64,000 nt of DNA, from IMG/VR virus record IMGVR_UViG_3300034061_004620; one strand, 5' to 3'. Every line of letters starts with the position of its first letter. Position 1 is the stretch's first letter. The position numbers and the translations under genes were made by a program. The notes beneath the pieces were generated by a model. The model was not told where the DNA came from and made no database searches. It saw only the letters and a list, made by a program, of their open reading frames with translations. Source of the stretch: a virus (Duplodnaviria > Caudoviricetes). Below are positions 37,212-48,273 of this stretch, in pieces.

Positions 37212-37910
37212 ATGATCATTCAAAAATACGATTATACACCGTTATCAAGAGAAAGTGTTGAAGGCAAACGACATTATGCTTTACCAGATGGCAGTCGTGT
37301 TCCTTCTGTCACCACTATACTTGACCGAACTAAACCCGAAGAAGCAAAACAAAAACTACGCGAATGGAAAGATCGTGTAGGACATGACCGTGCTCAACAA
37401 ATAACCACAGAAGCAGCCAATCGTGGTACCAGAATGCACACATACTTAGAACGCTATGTGAAGAATAACGACATCGGCGAATTTCCAACAAATCCGTTTG
37501 CACAACCAAGTTGGTTTATGGCAGCACAGGTTATATTAGAAGGGTTACAACATGTGGATGAATATTGGGGTTGCGAGGTACCTTTATACTACTCTGGGCT
37601 TTATGCTGGAACTACTGATTGTGTCGGAATCTGGAAAGGACAGCCTGCGATCATGGATTTTAAACAAACGAATAAGCCTAAAAAAAGAGAATGGATTGAC
37701 GATTATTTTCTACAGCTCGCGGCATATGCGGCAGCTCACAACGACACACACGGAACACAGATCAATACTGGAGTTATTCTCATGTGCGCCCGCCCTGAGA
37801 GCGATCGAGCAACTCCTCAATACCAAGAATTTGTATTAGAGCCCGGTGATTTTGCTTACTGGAGCGATCAGTGGATGCGTAGAGTTGAGCTGTACTATCT
37901 CTCAAGCTAA
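37212..37910 (+). CDS. PD-(D/E)XK exonuclease (phage RecB/lambda-exo/Cas4-like)
   Basis: PSVTTIL, RGTRMH, AGTTDC, IMDFKQT and QLAAY motifs. Confidence 0.88.
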   Translation: MIIQKYDYTPLSRESVEGKRHYALPDGSRVPSVTTILDRTKPEEAKQKLREWKDRVGHDRAQQITTEAANRGTRMHTYLERYVKNNDIGEFPTNPFAQPSWFMAAQVILEGLQHVDEYWGCEVPLYYSGLYAGTTDCVGIWKGQPAIMDFKQTNKPKKREWIDDYFLQLAAYAAAHNDTHGTQINTGVILMCARPESDRATPQYQEFVLEPGDFAYWSDQWMRRVELYYLSS

Positions 37911-37934
37911 ATACACAATAATTGAGGATTTAGC

Positions 37935-39302
37935 ATGGCCGTTACGCAGATTAGCAGAATTCAACATCGTAGAGGACTCGAGCAGGATCTCCCGCAGCTG
38001 GCTTCAGCTGAATTAGGTTGGAGTCTTGACACAAGAAAATTATACATAGGAAACGGTACACTTGACGAAGGCGCTCCAAGTCTCGGAATCACAGAAATCT
38101 TAACAGAATATTCTGATCTCACAGCTTTACTTGGAGCATATACATTTGTCGGTAACGTAACGGGTTACACTGTGCAAACTGGCAGCAGTATTTTAAATCC
38201 AGTAACAAGAAGCTTCCAACAAAAATTCGATGATTTTGTTAATGTCCGCGATTTTGGTGCTACCGGTAACGGTATAGATGACGATTACGCAGCTATTAAT
38301 AGAGCAATTACACAGATATACAGAACAACTAATAATCTAACAGATCCGCGCACACGTAGAACTATTTACATTCCAGGCGGAACCTATTTAACTTCAAACA
38401 CGATTCAGATTCCGCCTTTTGCAAGATTGGTTGGCGATGGGATCAACAGTAGTATAATTAAGGCTAAATTTGGTAATATATCTTTAGCAAATTTATGCGA
38501 TTCATCATTTATTTCTGGACCATCAATTGGCACTGGCTCAGCTGTGTTACCGCAAAGTATAGAAATAAATGGAATGAAATTTTTAAATGATAATGCCACT
38601 GTGACCGCACCAATGTTCAATATTGACAGTGCAAGTAATATCAAAATCACAAACACCAATTTTTCATCTAATGTAGGTAATGGCGTTTATTCAAATATTA
38701 TACACATTAAAAGTCATGCATCTTCAACAAAATTTGTCGTAATAGATTCGTGTCAATTGGCAGGTGGTGGCAATGGTATTGTTAATTTTGGGTCAGATAC
38801 TGCTGCAATTAATATTGTTCAAAGTACATTTGACCGCTTCGCTAATGTTGTTTTAGTATTAAACGACATCGATAGTATATCTCTCTTTAATAATTACTAT
38901 GGACCGCAATCCGGGGCTATTAGTTCAAAAGATTCAGCAATTTCATTTGTCAGTATTGGTGAGGTTTTTGGTTCAGGGGCGAGCCTGTTAGACGGTCTAT
39001 TTTTAGGAAACTTGATTCAATCAACTGCAAGAGGTGTAAGTGTCAGTACCACGCCCGCAGTTATCTCCGCTTTAGTAGCTAACACAGCAGCGGCTTTGCG
39101 TTATGAAATAAGCAATAGTTCAGCTCGAAGGTTTGGCATATTTACATTTACTACAGATGGAGTTGATAATGTTTTTTCAGATTCTTATACCGAAACTGTG
39201 ATTCCTATTAAAGCAAATTTATTTGCAAATGGAAACAGTCTTATATGTTCGATTGATTCAGGAACAGGGACTTTAAAATTAAATTACACACAGTTTATTT
39301 AA
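37935..39302 (+). CDS. Tail/baseplate protein with a pectate-lyase-like beta-helix
   Basis: Late promoter at about 37907; RIQHRRG...ELGW..DTRKLYIGNG N-terminus; VNVRDFGATGNGIDDD.AAI. Confidence 0.8.
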   Translation: MAVTQISRIQHRRGLEQDLPQLASAELGWSLDTRKLYIGNGTLDEGAPSLGITEILTEYSDLTALLGAYTFVGNVTGYTVQTGSSILNPVTRSFQQKFDDFVNVRDFGATGNGIDDDYAAINRAITQIYRTTNNLTDPRTRRTIYIPGGTYLTSNTIQIPPFARLVGDGINSSIIKAKFGNISLANLCDSSFISGPSIGTGSAVLPQSIEINGMKFLNDNATVTAPMFNIDSASNIKITNTNFSSNVGNGVYSNIIHIKSHASSTKFVVIDSCQLAGGGNGIVNFGSDTAAINIVQSTFDRFANVVLVLNDIDSISLFNNYYGPQSGAISSKDSAISFVSIGEVFGSGASLLDGLFLGNLIQSTARGVSVSTTPAVISALVANTAAALRYEISNSSARRFGIFTFTTDGVDNVFSDSYTETVIPIKANLFANGNSLICSIDSGTGTLKLNYTQFI

Positions 39303-39305
39303 TTA

Positions 39306-39755
39306 ATGTTTAAATTATCTGCCAGTGGGCGTTTGATCCACTGGAGAACATTTCGTAATCAGTTAGATATGATGCCGTTGCCACAGGCATTAAAAATGAC
39401 TCAACAATTGTGGCAAACTTGTCCTTTTACTCCTTTTTATCTTGACGTTGAACAACCTGATTCTTGGCCTAATCCTTGGGATTTAATTCTTGAAAATTAC
39501 TATTGTGATCTTGCTAAGTGTTTAGGAATAGTGTATACTTTACATTTGTCCAATCATAGACACGTTCTGGATCCAGAAATAAGAGTATATAAAGACATGA
39601 GATCACAGCATCAATATCATATAGCTTACTTTGCTCATGGAAAATATGTACTTAATTTGATTGACAATGAGGTAGTAAATAAAGAACACATTAATCAAGA
39701 ATTAAAATTAAAACACCGCTATATCGCGGCAGATTTAAGATTAGAATTATACTAA
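39306..39755 (+). CDS. Hypothetical protein
   Basis: Contiguous ORF, 149 aa. Confidence 0.7.
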   Translation: MFKLSASGRLIHWRTFRNQLDMMPLPQALKMTQQLWQTCPFTPFYLDVEQPDSWPNPWDLILENYYCDLAKCLGIVYTLHLSNHRHVLDPEIRVYKDMRSQHQYHIAYFAHGKYVLNLIDNEVVNKEHINQELKLKHRYIAADLRLELY

Positions 39756-39763
39756 GGCGAGAT

Positions 39764-42061
39764 ATGCAAATTCAAGTTACTAAAAGAGACGGGCGTCGAG
39801 AATTATTAGATTTAGAAAAGTTACACAAGGTAGTTTTTTGGGCTACAGAAGGAATTACCGGAGTTAGTGCAAGTGAAGTAGAAATAAAAAGCCATATACA
39901 GTTTTATAACGGTATCAAAACAGCCGACATACAAGAAACCTTAATTAAATCAGCAGCTGATCTAATCAGCGAAGAAACTCCTAACTATCAATATGTAGCG
40001 GGCAGACTGATTAACTATCATTTACGAAAACAAGTATACGGAGATTATACACCTTGTGTACTGATAGATTTGGTTAAAAAAAACGTAGATTTGGGTTTTT
40101 ACGATCGAGGATTATTGGATGCGTATTCTGAAGATGAATGGGCAAAATTAAATAGTTTTGTACACCACGAAAGAGATGAAAGTTTTACCTATGTTGCCAT
40201 GGAGCAGTGGCGAGGCAAGTATCTCGTACAAAATCGTGTGAGTGGTGACATTTATGAAACTCCGCAGGTGGCGTATATTTTGATTGCAGCCACACTGTTT
40301 CAAACCTATCCACAAGAAACACGATTGAAATGGATCAAGGAATACTACGATGCTATCAGCTTACATGATATTAGTTTGCCTACTCCTGTCATGGCCGGTG
40401 TTCGCACACCGCAAAAACAATTCAGTAGCTGTGTGCTTATTGAAACAGACGATAGTCTTGACAGTATTAATGCTACTACCAGCAGTATTGTTAAGTACGT
40501 CAGTCAAAAAGCCGGAATCGGAATTGGTGCAGGTAGAATACGAGCACTTGGGAGCCCAATACGAAACGGAGATGCTTACCACACCGGGGTTATACCTTTT
40601 TACAAGTTGTTCCAAAGCGCAACGCGGAGTTGTAGCCAAGGGGGTGTCCGTAATGGCGCCGCTACATTGTACTACCCAATCTGGCACCTCGAGATTGAGG
40701 ACTTGATTGTATTAAAGAATAACAAAGGCACTGAGGATAATCGTGTGCGTCACATGGATTATGGGGTGCAATTTAACAAATTAATGTACGAAAGACTAAT
40801 TACAGGTGGTGATATTACCTGTTTTAGTCCTCATGATGTACCCGAGCTGTACTCTGCTTTTTTCACGGATCAAGATCGATTCAAAGAGCTTTATGAGCGA
40901 GCAGAGCGTAATACCAAGCTAAGAAAGAAAACTTTCAAAGCAAGTGATTTGTTTAGTAGATTCATGCAGGAACGCAAAGATACGGGAAGAATATATTTGC
41001 AGAATGTAGATCATGCCAATACCCATAGTCCGTTTGACGAGTCTGTGGCCCCTATTAAGATGAGTAATCTTTGCGCCGAAATAGATTTGCCAACTGTGCC
41101 GTTACGAGATGTCAACGACGAGGATGGTAGGATCGCCCTGTGTACTCTGTCAGCGATCAATTGGGGCAATGTAAAAAGCCCACATGACTTCGAGAAGATG
41201 TGTAGGTTGGCGGTAAGAGGATTGGATGCATTACTATCATATCAAAATTATCCAATTCTTGCAGCACAATTAGCCACTGAAGAGTTTAGACCATTAGGCA
41301 TTGGTATCATTAATTTTGCCTACTTCTTGGCTAAGAATGATGTCAGTTACAGTGATCCGCGAGCATTAACAATAGTAGATGAGTATGCAGAGGCTTGGAG
41401 TTATTATTTGATCAAAGCCTCTGCAGATCTCGCCGAGGAACAAGGCGCTTGCACTCGTTGGAAGGATTTAAAGAGTGCCGGTGGCGTATTGCCTATTGAT
41501 ACAAGAAAACGAGACGTGGACGAACTTGTGCCCTACCAAGAGCGTATGCCTTGGCAATCACTTCGAGAACAAATCCAACGTACTGGTCAGCGCAATGCAA
41601 CATTGATGGCTTTGATGCCAGCAGAAACAAGCGCACAAATTAGTAATGCTACCAATGGAATTGAGCCACCACGTTCGTATGTGAGTATAAAAGGCAGCAA
41701 ACACGGACAACTAAAACAAGTAGTACCTGAATACAAACGATTAAAAAACAAGTACGAATTACTCTGGGACCAAATCAGTCCAGAAGGATACCTCAAACTT
41801 TGTGCTGTGTTACAAAAATACATCGACCAAGGTGTTAGCGTAAATACTTCCTACAATCCACAATACTACGACGACGAGAAGATTCCTATGAGTGAAATGC
41901 TACAACACTTGCTATTGTGTTATAAGTATGGTTTAAAACAGTTGTATTATTTCAATACTTTTGATGGCCAAGGCGAAATTAATGTTGATAAGTTAATGGA
42001 AAGCAAATCTATAGAGGCCGAATTGGTAGATCAAGACAATTGCGATAGTTGTGTAATCTAA
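39764..42061 (+). CDS. nrdA: Ribonucleotide reductase class Ia alpha subunit
   Basis: ATP-cone VTKRDG, FSSCV, SNLCAEI, LCTLS, MPAETS and C-terminal CDSC. Confidence 0.98.
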   Translation: MQIQVTKRDGRRELLDLEKLHKVVFWATEGITGVSASEVEIKSHIQFYNGIKTADIQETLIKSAADLISEETPNYQYVAGRLINYHLRKQVYGDYTPCVLIDLVKKNVDLGFYDRGLLDAYSEDEWAKLNSFVHHERDESFTYVAMEQWRGKYLVQNRVSGDIYETPQVAYILIAATLFQTYPQETRLKWIKEYYDAISLHDISLPTPVMAGVRTPQKQFSSCVLIETDDSLDSINATTSSIVKYVSQKAGIGIGAGRIRALGSPIRNGDAYHTGVIPFYKLFQSATRSCSQGGVRNGAATLYYPIWHLEIEDLIVLKNNKGTEDNRVRHMDYGVQFNKLMYERLITGGDITCFSPHDVPELYSAFFTDQDRFKELYERAERNTKLRKKTFKASDLFSRFMQERKDTGRIYLQNVDHANTHSPFDESVAPIKMSNLCAEIDLPTVPLRDVNDEDGRIALCTLSAINWGNVKSPHDFEKMCRLAVRGLDALLSYQNYPILAAQLATEEFRPLGIGIINFAYFLAKNDVSYSDPRALTIVDEYAEAWSYYLIKASADLAEEQGACTRWKDLKSAGGVLPIDTRKRDVDELVPYQERMPWQSLREQIQRTGQRNATLMALMPAETSAQISNATNGIEPPRSYVSIKGSKHGQLKQVVPEYKRLKNKYELLWDQISPEGYLKLCAVLQKYIDQGVSVNTSYNPQYYDDEKIPMSEMLQHLLLCYKYGLKQLYYFNTFDGQGEINVDKLMESKSIEAELVDQDNCDSCVI

Positions 42062-42062
42062 A

Positions 42063-42506
42063 ATGAATATAAGAACATATCTAAATTTGTTTGAGGATGT
42101 TGGTATTAGTGAAGAATGGTTTACCAATGGATCATTTAAAACATACAAACAGCCGAATCCTGAACGCTATGAAATAGCAGAGGAAGATGGAGTTATTCAA
42201 ACGCTGGAAGGTCCTGTAAATTATAAACGAGGGTTTTATATTCTAACAGGGCCAAAAGGTGAACGGTATCCTATTCCGCCAGAGAAGTTTCGTGAGTTGA
42301 AAGACGACGCAGGTAATGGCATTTGTTATCCTAAAAAAATTATCAAAATTGCCAAACTTGCCGATCACGATGGTAGTGTTGCTACCAGCTGGGGCGAAAC
42401 ACTAAACTACCGAGCAGGTGAAGATTATATAGTGAGACACGGTCCCGGAGACTATGGCGTAGTAAAACAAGATATATTTGCAAAAACATATGTACAGGAA
42501 AAGTAA
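42063..42506 (+). CDS. PGDYG-motif protein
   Basis: [18 protein letters not shown]; two internally similar halves. Confidence 0.7.
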   Translation: MNIRTYLNLFEDVGISEEWFTNGSFKTYKQPNPERYEIAEEDGVIQTLEGPVNYKRGFYILTGPKGERYPIPPEKFRELKDDAGNGICYPKKIIKIAKLADHDGSVATSWGETLNYRAGEDYIVRHGPGDYGVVKQDIFAKTYVQEK

Positions 42507-43633
42507 TGAGCGTATTTAATATTAACAACAAGAACAAACACACAGAATCGTTGGCATTCTTGGATGCATCCGGTGCACAACCTATTCAACGATACGATAC
42601 ACTAAAGTATAGACAGTTTGACAAACTCACCGACAAGCAGTTGGGCTTCTTTTGGAGACCAGAAGAAGTTGATGTACTTCGAGACAGCAAAGATTTCAAA
42701 GAACTTACCGAACATGAACAACATATTTTTACAAGCAATCTTAAGCGACAAATCCTTCTTGATAGTGTTCAAGGCCGTAGTCCTAACCTTGCTTTCCTTC
42801 CCATTGCTACTATTCCTGAGTTGGAAACTTGGATTCAAACTTGGGCATTTAATGAGACTATTCATAGCCGCAGTTACACTCACATTATTAGGAATGTTTA
42901 TAGTGATCCTTCTGTTGTTTTTGATGAGTTGACTGACATAGAAGAAATTGTAAATTGTGCCAAAGACATATCAAAATACTACGACGATCTTATAAGTTCC
43001 GTACAATACTACAACTTGTTGGGTCTTGGAACACATACAGTTAACGACAAACAAGTAACAGTTGACATGTATGACCTCAAGAAAAAACTATGGCTTTGTT
43101 TGAATAGTGTTAACGCTCTTGAAGGAATTCGCTTCTATGTTAGCTTTGCCTGTTCATGGGCATTTGCAGAACTAAAGAAGATGGAAGGCAATGCCAAGAT
43201 CATCAAACTGATTGCACGAGATGAAAATGTACACTTAGGGTCCACGCAAACCCTACTAAAATTGCTACCTCAGGATGATCCCGATTACATTCGCATCAAA
43301 GAAGAAACTCGTGCCGAATGTGAAGCAATGTTCTTATCAGCAGCAGCACAGGAAAAAGCCTGGGCACACTATTTGTTTAAAGATGGCAGCATGATTGGTC
43401 TCAATGAACAACTGTTGAGTCAGTATGTTGATTGGCTGACTTGCAAACGCATGACAGCCGTAGGATTGAATTGTGGTATGAAGCCGGGATCGAACCCTTT
43501 ACCATGGACTGCCAAATGGATTGCTGGTGCCGAAGTACAAGTGGCTCCACAAGAAACCGAAATTTCCAGTTATGTCATCGGCGGCACAAAACAGGATGTG
43601 GATAACAACACCTTCAAAGGATTCAGCCTTTGA
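42506..43633 (+). CDS. nrdB: Ribonucleotide reductase class Ia beta subunit
   Basis: [30 protein letters not shown] and [10 protein letters not shown] motifs. Confidence 0.98.
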   Translation: MSVFNINNKNKHTESLAFLDASGAQPIQRYDTLKYRQFDKLTDKQLGFFWRPEEVDVLRDSKDFKELTEHEQHIFTSNLKRQILLDSVQGRSPNLAFLPIATIPELETWIQTWAFNETIHSRSYTHIIRNVYSDPSVVFDELTDIEEIVNCAKDISKYYDDLISSVQYYNLLGLGTHTVNDKQVTVDMYDLKKKLWLCLNSVNALEGIRFYVSFACSWAFAELKKMEGNAKIIKLIARDENVHLGSTQTLLKLLPQDDPDYIRIKEETRAECEAMFLSAAAQEKAWAHYLFKDGSMIGLNEQLLSQYVDWLTCKRMTAVGLNCGMKPGSNPLPWTAKWIAGAEVQVAPQETEISSYVIGGTKQDVDNNTFKGFSL

Positions 43634-44472
43634 CAGCAAGGGCAGTATTTGTTGGTGGTTATAGAATGGGTCATGCATTAATGGCCTTTCAATTTGATCA
43701 TTTCCTTGAAGGATTAGATCTTACTTATATTGTGACCAATATCGCAGAAAAGCATTACCGTGCAGCACTATCCAAGTACAATCTTGACCCTAATAGATTT
43801 CAATATGTTAATGATCAGGAACTAATTGATCGGTATCCTCAAATTTTAAATTGGGATCAGCCGGGTGACTACCGAGGTACATGGTTAAGACAACAAGCAC
43901 TAAAAATTGCAAGTCTTGATTATTTTGATTTTGAAACCATTCTTATACAAGATCCAGACACATTTGCTGTACAACCTTATCGCTGCTTTGATGGATTAGT
44001 GCCAAACTTTTTTATTTTACCACGCATAACTCAAAGTAATGGATACTATTGGGCAATTGAAAAAGGATTAGGCATCAAAAGACAAACAAAAGACTGTTTT
44101 GTAAGTGAATTTATGCCTTTCTTGAAACAAGATTGGTATAGTATGCGAGAACTGTTAGAAACAAAACATAATAAACATTTCTTAGATGGCATTATTGACA
44201 ATTGCCAGAGAGAAAGTGGTACCAATTTAATTTGGTTCAGCGAATACGAATACCTCGCCAATTATGTTTTGACATGCAGACCAATCAACACAACTGTCCA
44301 GAAACGCTTTGAAATACGAAAACTGTCGGACATAGAACAACTTAATTCTCATGATTACAACTGTTATGTTGATGCGTGTCCAAGTCTTGATGACAGTATT
44401 ATGTATGAATTTACAACTGATACAGTGGTTGATTTTGACAAAATATATCATAGTATTGCATCAAGGATATGA
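43630..44472 (+). CDS. Putative GT-A glycosyltransferase-like protein (DUF6492-like)
   Basis: [13 protein letters not shown] (DxD) and FSEYEY pattern. Confidence 0.5.
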   Translation: MTARAVFVGGYRMGHALMAFQFDHFLEGLDLTYIVTNIAEKHYRAALSKYNLDPNRFQYVNDQELIDRYPQILNWDQPGDYRGTWLRQQALKIASLDYFDFETILIQDPDTFAVQPYRCFDGLVPNFFILPRITQSNGYYWAIEKGLGIKRQTKDCFVSEFMPFLKQDWYSMRELLETKHNKHFLDGIIDNCQRESGTNLIWFSEYEYLANYVLTCRPINTTVQKRFEIRKLSDIEQLNSHDYNCYVDACPSLDDSIMYEFTTDTVVDFDKIYHSIASRI

Positions 44473-45632
44473 AACAGTTTAAATATAAGATATTTACTTT
44501 CTTACCTCCTCGTGGAGCTATTGATGTTATTCCAGACTGGCAGGGAGAAGATTATCCGCAATTTCAAATCACAGATAATTTACAAGAATGTTTGGACCAA
44601 CCATATCGTGTGGCCGCTGTTCCGGCTATGTTTAATCAACCTGGTGGTTATGCTTACAACAAAGAATTATGTGACATAGATTGGTCAAAGTTTGATCTTG
44701 TAATTTTATCAGATATTGAATACACTGATAATGATCTAATATTAAATTACTGTATCAAACGAAGCGGTATAAAAAATTATTTGATAGCACTTGGCGGTAT
44801 CAAAGACGATGTTGTAGATAGCAATTTTATTTACAGACCATGGTGGATGTTTCAACATATGCGGCTAAATCAATATCAAGAGGTAGGACACGAAAATAAA
44901 TTGTACAAATTTGATGCCTTACTTGGTGCAAGAAAAGCGCACAGATCTTATGTAATGGCAAGATTCCAAAACAATCAAGAACTATTGGATAACTCTATTG
45001 TAACTTACCGAGATATATTCCATGGACCGGGAGATAATTGGATATCAGATTTAGATCCTGGCAGGAATAATTCTATTATAAAAGAAGCCAACGATATTGC
45101 TAATAATAAAATTGCTTGGCCATATGTGTCACCAAACATGAATCCTGACTGGGAAGTGGCCAAACAGTTGTATAGAGAAATCAGCGAAATAACTCCCTGG
45201 AATATTTACAAGCACACATGGTTTAGCATATGCTGTGAAACTTTATATTCCAATCCTGCACCTACTGCTAAAGATAGGCCAGGTCCGCATTTTATTACTG
45301 AAAAAACTACCAAGTTACTTTTAGCAAAACGTCTGTTTGTAATGTTTGGCCCCATGCACACACTCAAGTTTCTAAAAAGTCTTGGATTTCAGACCTTTGA
45401 ATCAGTAATAGATGAAAGTTACGATGATTGTGACAATGCTTTAGAGAGATTTAAACGTGCATTTGATCAAGTGGAATATCTTGCTTCTTTATCACCTGCT
45501 TGTGTTTTAGAGATGACCAAAGATATTAGAGAACACAATCATAATCATTTGTATACATATAGAAAACAAATCAAGAACAAAATGCACCAAATGATACTTG
45601 ATAAAATACCCGAGCAACATAAATTTGATTAA
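44469..45632 (+). CDS. Putative GT-B glycosyltransferase-like protein (paralog of 6027-7211)
   Basis: ICCET...FITEKT.K...FVMFG...LKSLGFQTF..VIDESYD motif block. Confidence 0.55.
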   Translation: MKQFKYKIFTFLPPRGAIDVIPDWQGEDYPQFQITDNLQECLDQPYRVAAVPAMFNQPGGYAYNKELCDIDWSKFDLVILSDIEYTDNDLILNYCIKRSGIKNYLIALGGIKDDVVDSNFIYRPWWMFQHMRLNQYQEVGHENKLYKFDALLGARKAHRSYVMARFQNNQELLDNSIVTYRDIFHGPGDNWISDLDPGRNNSIIKEANDIANNKIAWPYVSPNMNPDWEVAKQLYREISEITPWNIYKHTWFSICCETLYSNPAPTAKDRPGPHFITEKTTKLLLAKRLFVMFGPMHTLKFLKSLGFQTFESVIDESYDDCDNALERFKRAFDQVEYLASLSPACVLEMTKDIREHNHNHLYTYRKQIKNKMHQMILDKIPEQHKFD

Positions 45633-45658
45633 ATACAGAATTACAATTAAAATATATC

Positions 45659-45910
45659 ATGATTACAATTTATTCTAAAAACAATTGTCCTTTTTGTGAC
45701 AGAGCAAAACAATTATTAGAAAGCAAGGCAGTTCCTTTTAACGAAATTAACATCGAGAACGATGCAGAATCGAGGCAGATGTTGTTAGATAAAGGCCTAA
45801 GAAGTGTACCACAAATATTTCACGGTTATGAATTAATCCCTGGAGGATTTAATGGTTTACAAAAACAATCAGCAGACTTTTTTGAAAAGGTAAAAAATGT
45901 TAGTAACTAA
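45659..45910 (+). CDS. Glutaredoxin
   Basis: CPFC active site, SVPQIF and GGF. Confidence 0.95.
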   Translation: MITIYSKNNCPFCDRAKQLLESKAVPFNEINIENDAESRQMLLDKGLRSVPQIFHGYELIPGGFNGLQKQSADFFEKVKNVSN

Positions 45911-46208
45911 AGGTTATCAAGCAGGCGACATTGTGAGTTTTAAATTGATCACAGGCGACGAAGTGGTCGCTAAAGTGGTTGATGCCGGCACACTGGGTTT
46001 TGAAGTGTCTAAACCTTGCACAGTCATGCCCGGAGCACAAGGCATTGGGTTGATTCAAAGTTTATTTACTGCCGATGCAGATGTAAATGTTGTTTTAAAT
46101 AAAGATCATGTGATCATGCATGCGCCAGCAATAGACGCTATGCAAAAACACTATATCAAAACTACAACAGGCATAGAACCTGTCACAAGAGGCAGCATAG
46201 TTGTATGA
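45897..46208 (+). CDS. Hypothetical protein, Sm-like beta pattern
   Basis: SFKLITGDEVVAKV start. Confidence 0.6.
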   Translation: MLVTKGYQAGDIVSFKLITGDEVVAKVVDAGTLGFEVSKPCTVMPGAQGIGLIQSLFTADADVNVVLNKDHVIMHAPAIDAMQKHYIKTTTGIEPVTRGSIVV

Positions 46209-46417
46209 CGCACAAATTCGTAATCATGGTAAATGGTCAACTTAACACTTACTCTAATTACGAGGATATTCCCGACAAGTTTGATCATGTGATTGAGTTT
46301 CGCCCAGAAATTTCAGCAGGTCCACATACCGAGGACGAACATGAACAAATTGCCACGTGGAACGATAAATTGCAACTATTGATACAAAAGGAGACTGCGA
46401 GATTTGGCAACAATTAG
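46205..46417 (+). CDS. Hypothetical protein
   Basis: ATGA-coupled ORF. Confidence 0.65.
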   Translation: MTHKFVIMVNGQLNTYSNYEDIPDKFDHVIEFRPEISAGPHTEDEHEQIATWNDKLQLLIQKETARFGNN

Positions 46418-46865
46418 TCCAACAGTGCTTACTGCTGTAGATTTTAATCAAACGTTCAGTCAAACAGTAAACGTTAACCCTGGCATGCTTGAAACTATCA
46501 CGTCGGTGACTGCAACACTGGTTGGAGCTCCATTGGAACCTAATATCAGTATAAGTGTAAATGCCAATGTGGTCACAATCAGCGGCAAATATATGGCCAC
46601 CTTTACGGATGAGTTCAGTTACCTGGAACCAGGTGCAACAGGAGTGGGTTTGACACCCACAGTAGTCACTGGACTGTTTAATATGCCACCTGATAAAAAT
46701 CTATTCAAATTGGATCAAGACAGCCGACAATCTGAAACCAGAACCTACAATATTGTGGTCAACAGTTCCAGTGGATCAAACACCATTCCAATTACGCAAT
46801 TGGTCTTAAATACATTAGAAACCATGAGATTGTTTATGGATACATACAATTATAAAGCGAGTTAA
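46404..46865 (+). CDS. Putative baseplate/tail-associated beta-rich protein
   Basis: Thr/Val-rich; directly upstream of PAAR. Confidence 0.5.
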   Translation: MATISPTVLTAVDFNQTFSQTVNVNPGMLETITSVTATLVGAPLEPNISISVNANVVTISGKYMATFTDEFSYLEPGATGVGLTPTVVTGLFNMPPDKNLFKLDQDSRQSETRTYNIVVNSSSGSNTIPITQLVLNTLETMRLFMDTYNYKAS

Positions 46866-46868
46866 ACT

Positions 46869-47159
46869 ATGCCGGCAGTGACACGAATTGGAGACGCAGA
46901 TGTAACCCATTGTTCCGACATGGTGAGAGCACAAGGGTCGTCTGATGTATTTGTTAATAACATACCTGTGAGCAGACAAGGAGATGTAAACACTGTTCAT
47001 TTGGTGCCGGGTAGCCCATGTCCATCCCATGCAGCGGCCATTACAATAGGATCAACTACAGTATTTGTAAATGGAAAAGGTATTGGAAGAGTAGGTGATG
47101 CTATCACAGGTTGTACCTCTGTAGCACAAGGATCACCAGATTTTTTTTCTGGGCCTTGA
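46869..47159 (+). CDS. PAAR-domain tail spike tip (gp5.4-like)
   Basis: PAVTRIGD, VSRQGD and GRVGD repeats with His/Cys metal ligands. Confidence 0.93.
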   Translation: MPAVTRIGDADVTHCSDMVRAQGSSDVFVNNIPVSRQGDVNTVHLVPGSPCPSHAAAITIGSTTVFVNGKGIGRVGDAITGCTSVAQGSPDFFSGP

Positions 47160-47180
47160 ACCATAAACTGCCCATTTAAC

Positions 47181-47209
47181 TTGTAAAAAACCAATAAAAT
47201 TGTTATAAT
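47181..47209 (+). promoter_or_regulatory. sigma70-type promoter for the SleB-like hydrolase
   Basis: TTGTAA-N17-TATAAT. Confidence 0.7.
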
Positions 47210-47295
47210 ATACCTTTATTATGGGGTTATAGCAGTTGTTTTCTTCAAAATATCAACGTTATATAAAACTACAACCTTATAAAGGAGGAAAAAAG

Positions 47296-47850
47296 ATGAG
47301 ACAACATTTGCCTAACATAGCAAAATTTGTATCAATCGTTTTTGGTATGTGGCTTGCTACATACACCTTGGTAGAGGTCACCAAAAACAAATTTGAATCA
47401 CTCAAGGCCGAAAAGGCCGAGATGGCTGCTGTGCATCCGGTAACTGGAGAAGAAAGATCTCGCCAGCTACGATGCCTTACGCAGAACATTTATTGGGAAG
47501 CCGCCAGCGAACCATTTGAAGGTAAAGTCGCTGTGGCTCAAGTAACAATCAATCGCGCTAATAGTAGCCAGTTTCCCAATGATATCTGTGCAGTCGTATA
47601 TCAGAAAAATGTATTCTACTCACGAGTAGTTTGCCAGTTCTCTTGGTACTGCGATGGTACTCACAGAGTACGTCCTGTTTATCAACCCTTGTACAACGAA
47701 AGTGCAGAAGTTGCTAAAAAAGTATTACTGGAAAATTTTAGACTACCCAGTCTCAAAAATGCAATGTATTATCATGCTGACTATGTTCAACCAGGGTGGG
47801 GTAAAAAACCCATTGCCAAAATTGGGCGCCATATCTTTTATGGTAGTTAA
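47296..47850 (+). CDS. SleB-family cell wall hydrolase (Hydrolase_2)
   Basis: CLTQNIYWEA..EP..GK.AVAQV..NR, CQFSW and YYHADYV.P.W motifs; AGGAGG SD; N-terminal TM segment. Confidence 0.92.
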   Translation: MRQHLPNIAKFVSIVFGMWLATYTLVEVTKNKFESLKAEKAEMAAVHPVTGEERSRQLRCLTQNIYWEAASEPFEGKVAVAQVTINRANSSQFPNDICAVVYQKNVFYSRVVCQFSWYCDGTHRVRPVYQPLYNESAEVAKKVLLENFRLPSLKNAMYYHADYVQPGWGKKPIAKIGRHIFYGS

Positions 47851-47864
47851 GCAGGATAGTGTAA

Positions 47865-48242
47865 ATGCCAATTTTAACTTCAACAACAAAATCTAAAACA
47901 ATGGAAACTTCAAATAAAACTGATTCGAAAAAAATTGATTTTGATCGCGTTAAGCAAAGTGTGGTAGAGTTCTTCTCTACCCACTTTAGCAAAATCTCCG
48001 CAGAAACAATGGGATGGTTGGCGGCTATTGCTTTACATGCTGCCACTGTACCTACTTTACTTGCATTACTAACCGGACTAACAGATTCTACACCAAGTGT
48101 GGATGTTATTTTGTTTATGTGGTTAGGACTTGTGTTACTTTTTGGTCGAGCTGTAATTCTAAAAGATTTACTCAATATCGTAACAATTGGGCTGGGTTTT
48201 GTAATCCAGGCTGTACTAATGGCCTTGATCCTGTTCAAATAA
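47865..48242 (+). CDS. 3-TM membrane protein, SemiSWEET/PQ-loop-like
   Basis: GWLAAI....TVPT... followed by two more TM helices. Confidence 0.55.
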   Translation: MPILTSTTKSKTMETSNKTDSKKIDFDRVKQSVVEFFSTHFSKISAETMGWLAAIALHAATVPTLLALLTGLTDSTPSVDVILFMWLGLVLLFGRAVILKDLLNIVTIGLGFVIQAVLMALILFK

Positions 48243-48273
48243 TCCATAAATACTCGTAGAACAGGAGGCAGCG

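Noticed and set aside
37212-37910. Cas4 or CRISPR association
   Set aside because: Ordinary phage PD-(D/E)XK exonuclease; no Fe-S Cys cluster, array or other cas genes.
39764-43633. Introns or inteins in nrdA/nrdB (also checked in the helicases and primase)
   Set aside because: Lengths and motif spacing are normal and the ORFs are uninterrupted.
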